The notes under the pieces are model-generated. The model did not search any database and was not told where the DNA came from. It saw nothing but the letters and a program-made list of their open reading frames with translations. From Candidatus Dojkabacteria bacterium (GTDB lineage Bacteria; Patescibacteriota; Dojkabacteria; SC72; JAFGCJ01), in contig JAFGCJ010000004.1 of assembly GCA_016932785.1 (NCBI GenBank), positions 5,447-69,446 of the forward strand: DNA of 64,000 bases. The letters run 5' to 3'. This document shows, one piece after another, positions 63,992-64,000 of the stretch. How positions within the stretch are numbered: the stretch's first letter is position 1; every line of letters begins with the position of its first letter. The position numbers were made by a program, and so were the translations under genes.

Positions 63992-64000
63992 GCTCGGATC

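Overview
This 64-kb window comes from a compact, moderately AT-rich bacterial genome and is almost entirely coding. Gene content suggests a Candidate Phyla Radiation (Patescibacteria) organism. That is an inference from four things: a form III-type RuBisCO with AMP phosphorylase and ribose-1,5-bisphosphate isomerase, anaerobic NrdD, no pyrH between tsf and frr, and lysine-rich tails on translation proteins. The code is standard 11, since TGA closes several conserved genes. All domain calls rest on motifs I recognise by eye; no HMM or BLAST search was possible.

Gene order, left to right:
- An operon of three ATP-grasp ligases plus a 7-TM protein.
- The rpmG, tRNA-Trp, secE, nusG, rplK, rplA, rplJ, rplL block, with an orphan 328-aa gene wedged between rplA and rplJ.
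- Two ABC-2 permeases.
- A Thr-Tyr-Thr tRNA cluster whose spacer carries a repeat array.
- mreBCD-mrdA, dprA, topA, radC, glyA, dut, nrdD.
- rpsB-tsf-frr-rseP.
- A Cys-rich, poly-Asp surface protein.
- rpsU, yqeY, ybeY, pth, mfd, dnaX-ybaB-recR.
- A lone Cys-type formate-dehydrogenase-like molybdoenzyme.
- An island of secreted enzymes, two of which share an unrecognised C-terminal domain of about 180 aa.
- A PadR module, cysS, rnhC, an ABC ATPase and cca.
- The archaeal-type AMP salvage genes (e2b2, RuBisCO, deoA), with an unknown reading frame split by an in-frame TGA between RuBisCO and deoA.

No rRNA, CRISPR array, transposase or integrase was seen.

Best candidates for undescribed biology:
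- the ATP-grasp/7-TM operon at 1-4320
- the surface-enzyme island at 42208-48397
- the orphan gene inside the ribosomal operon
- the TGA-split ORF
- two probable structured-RNA regions
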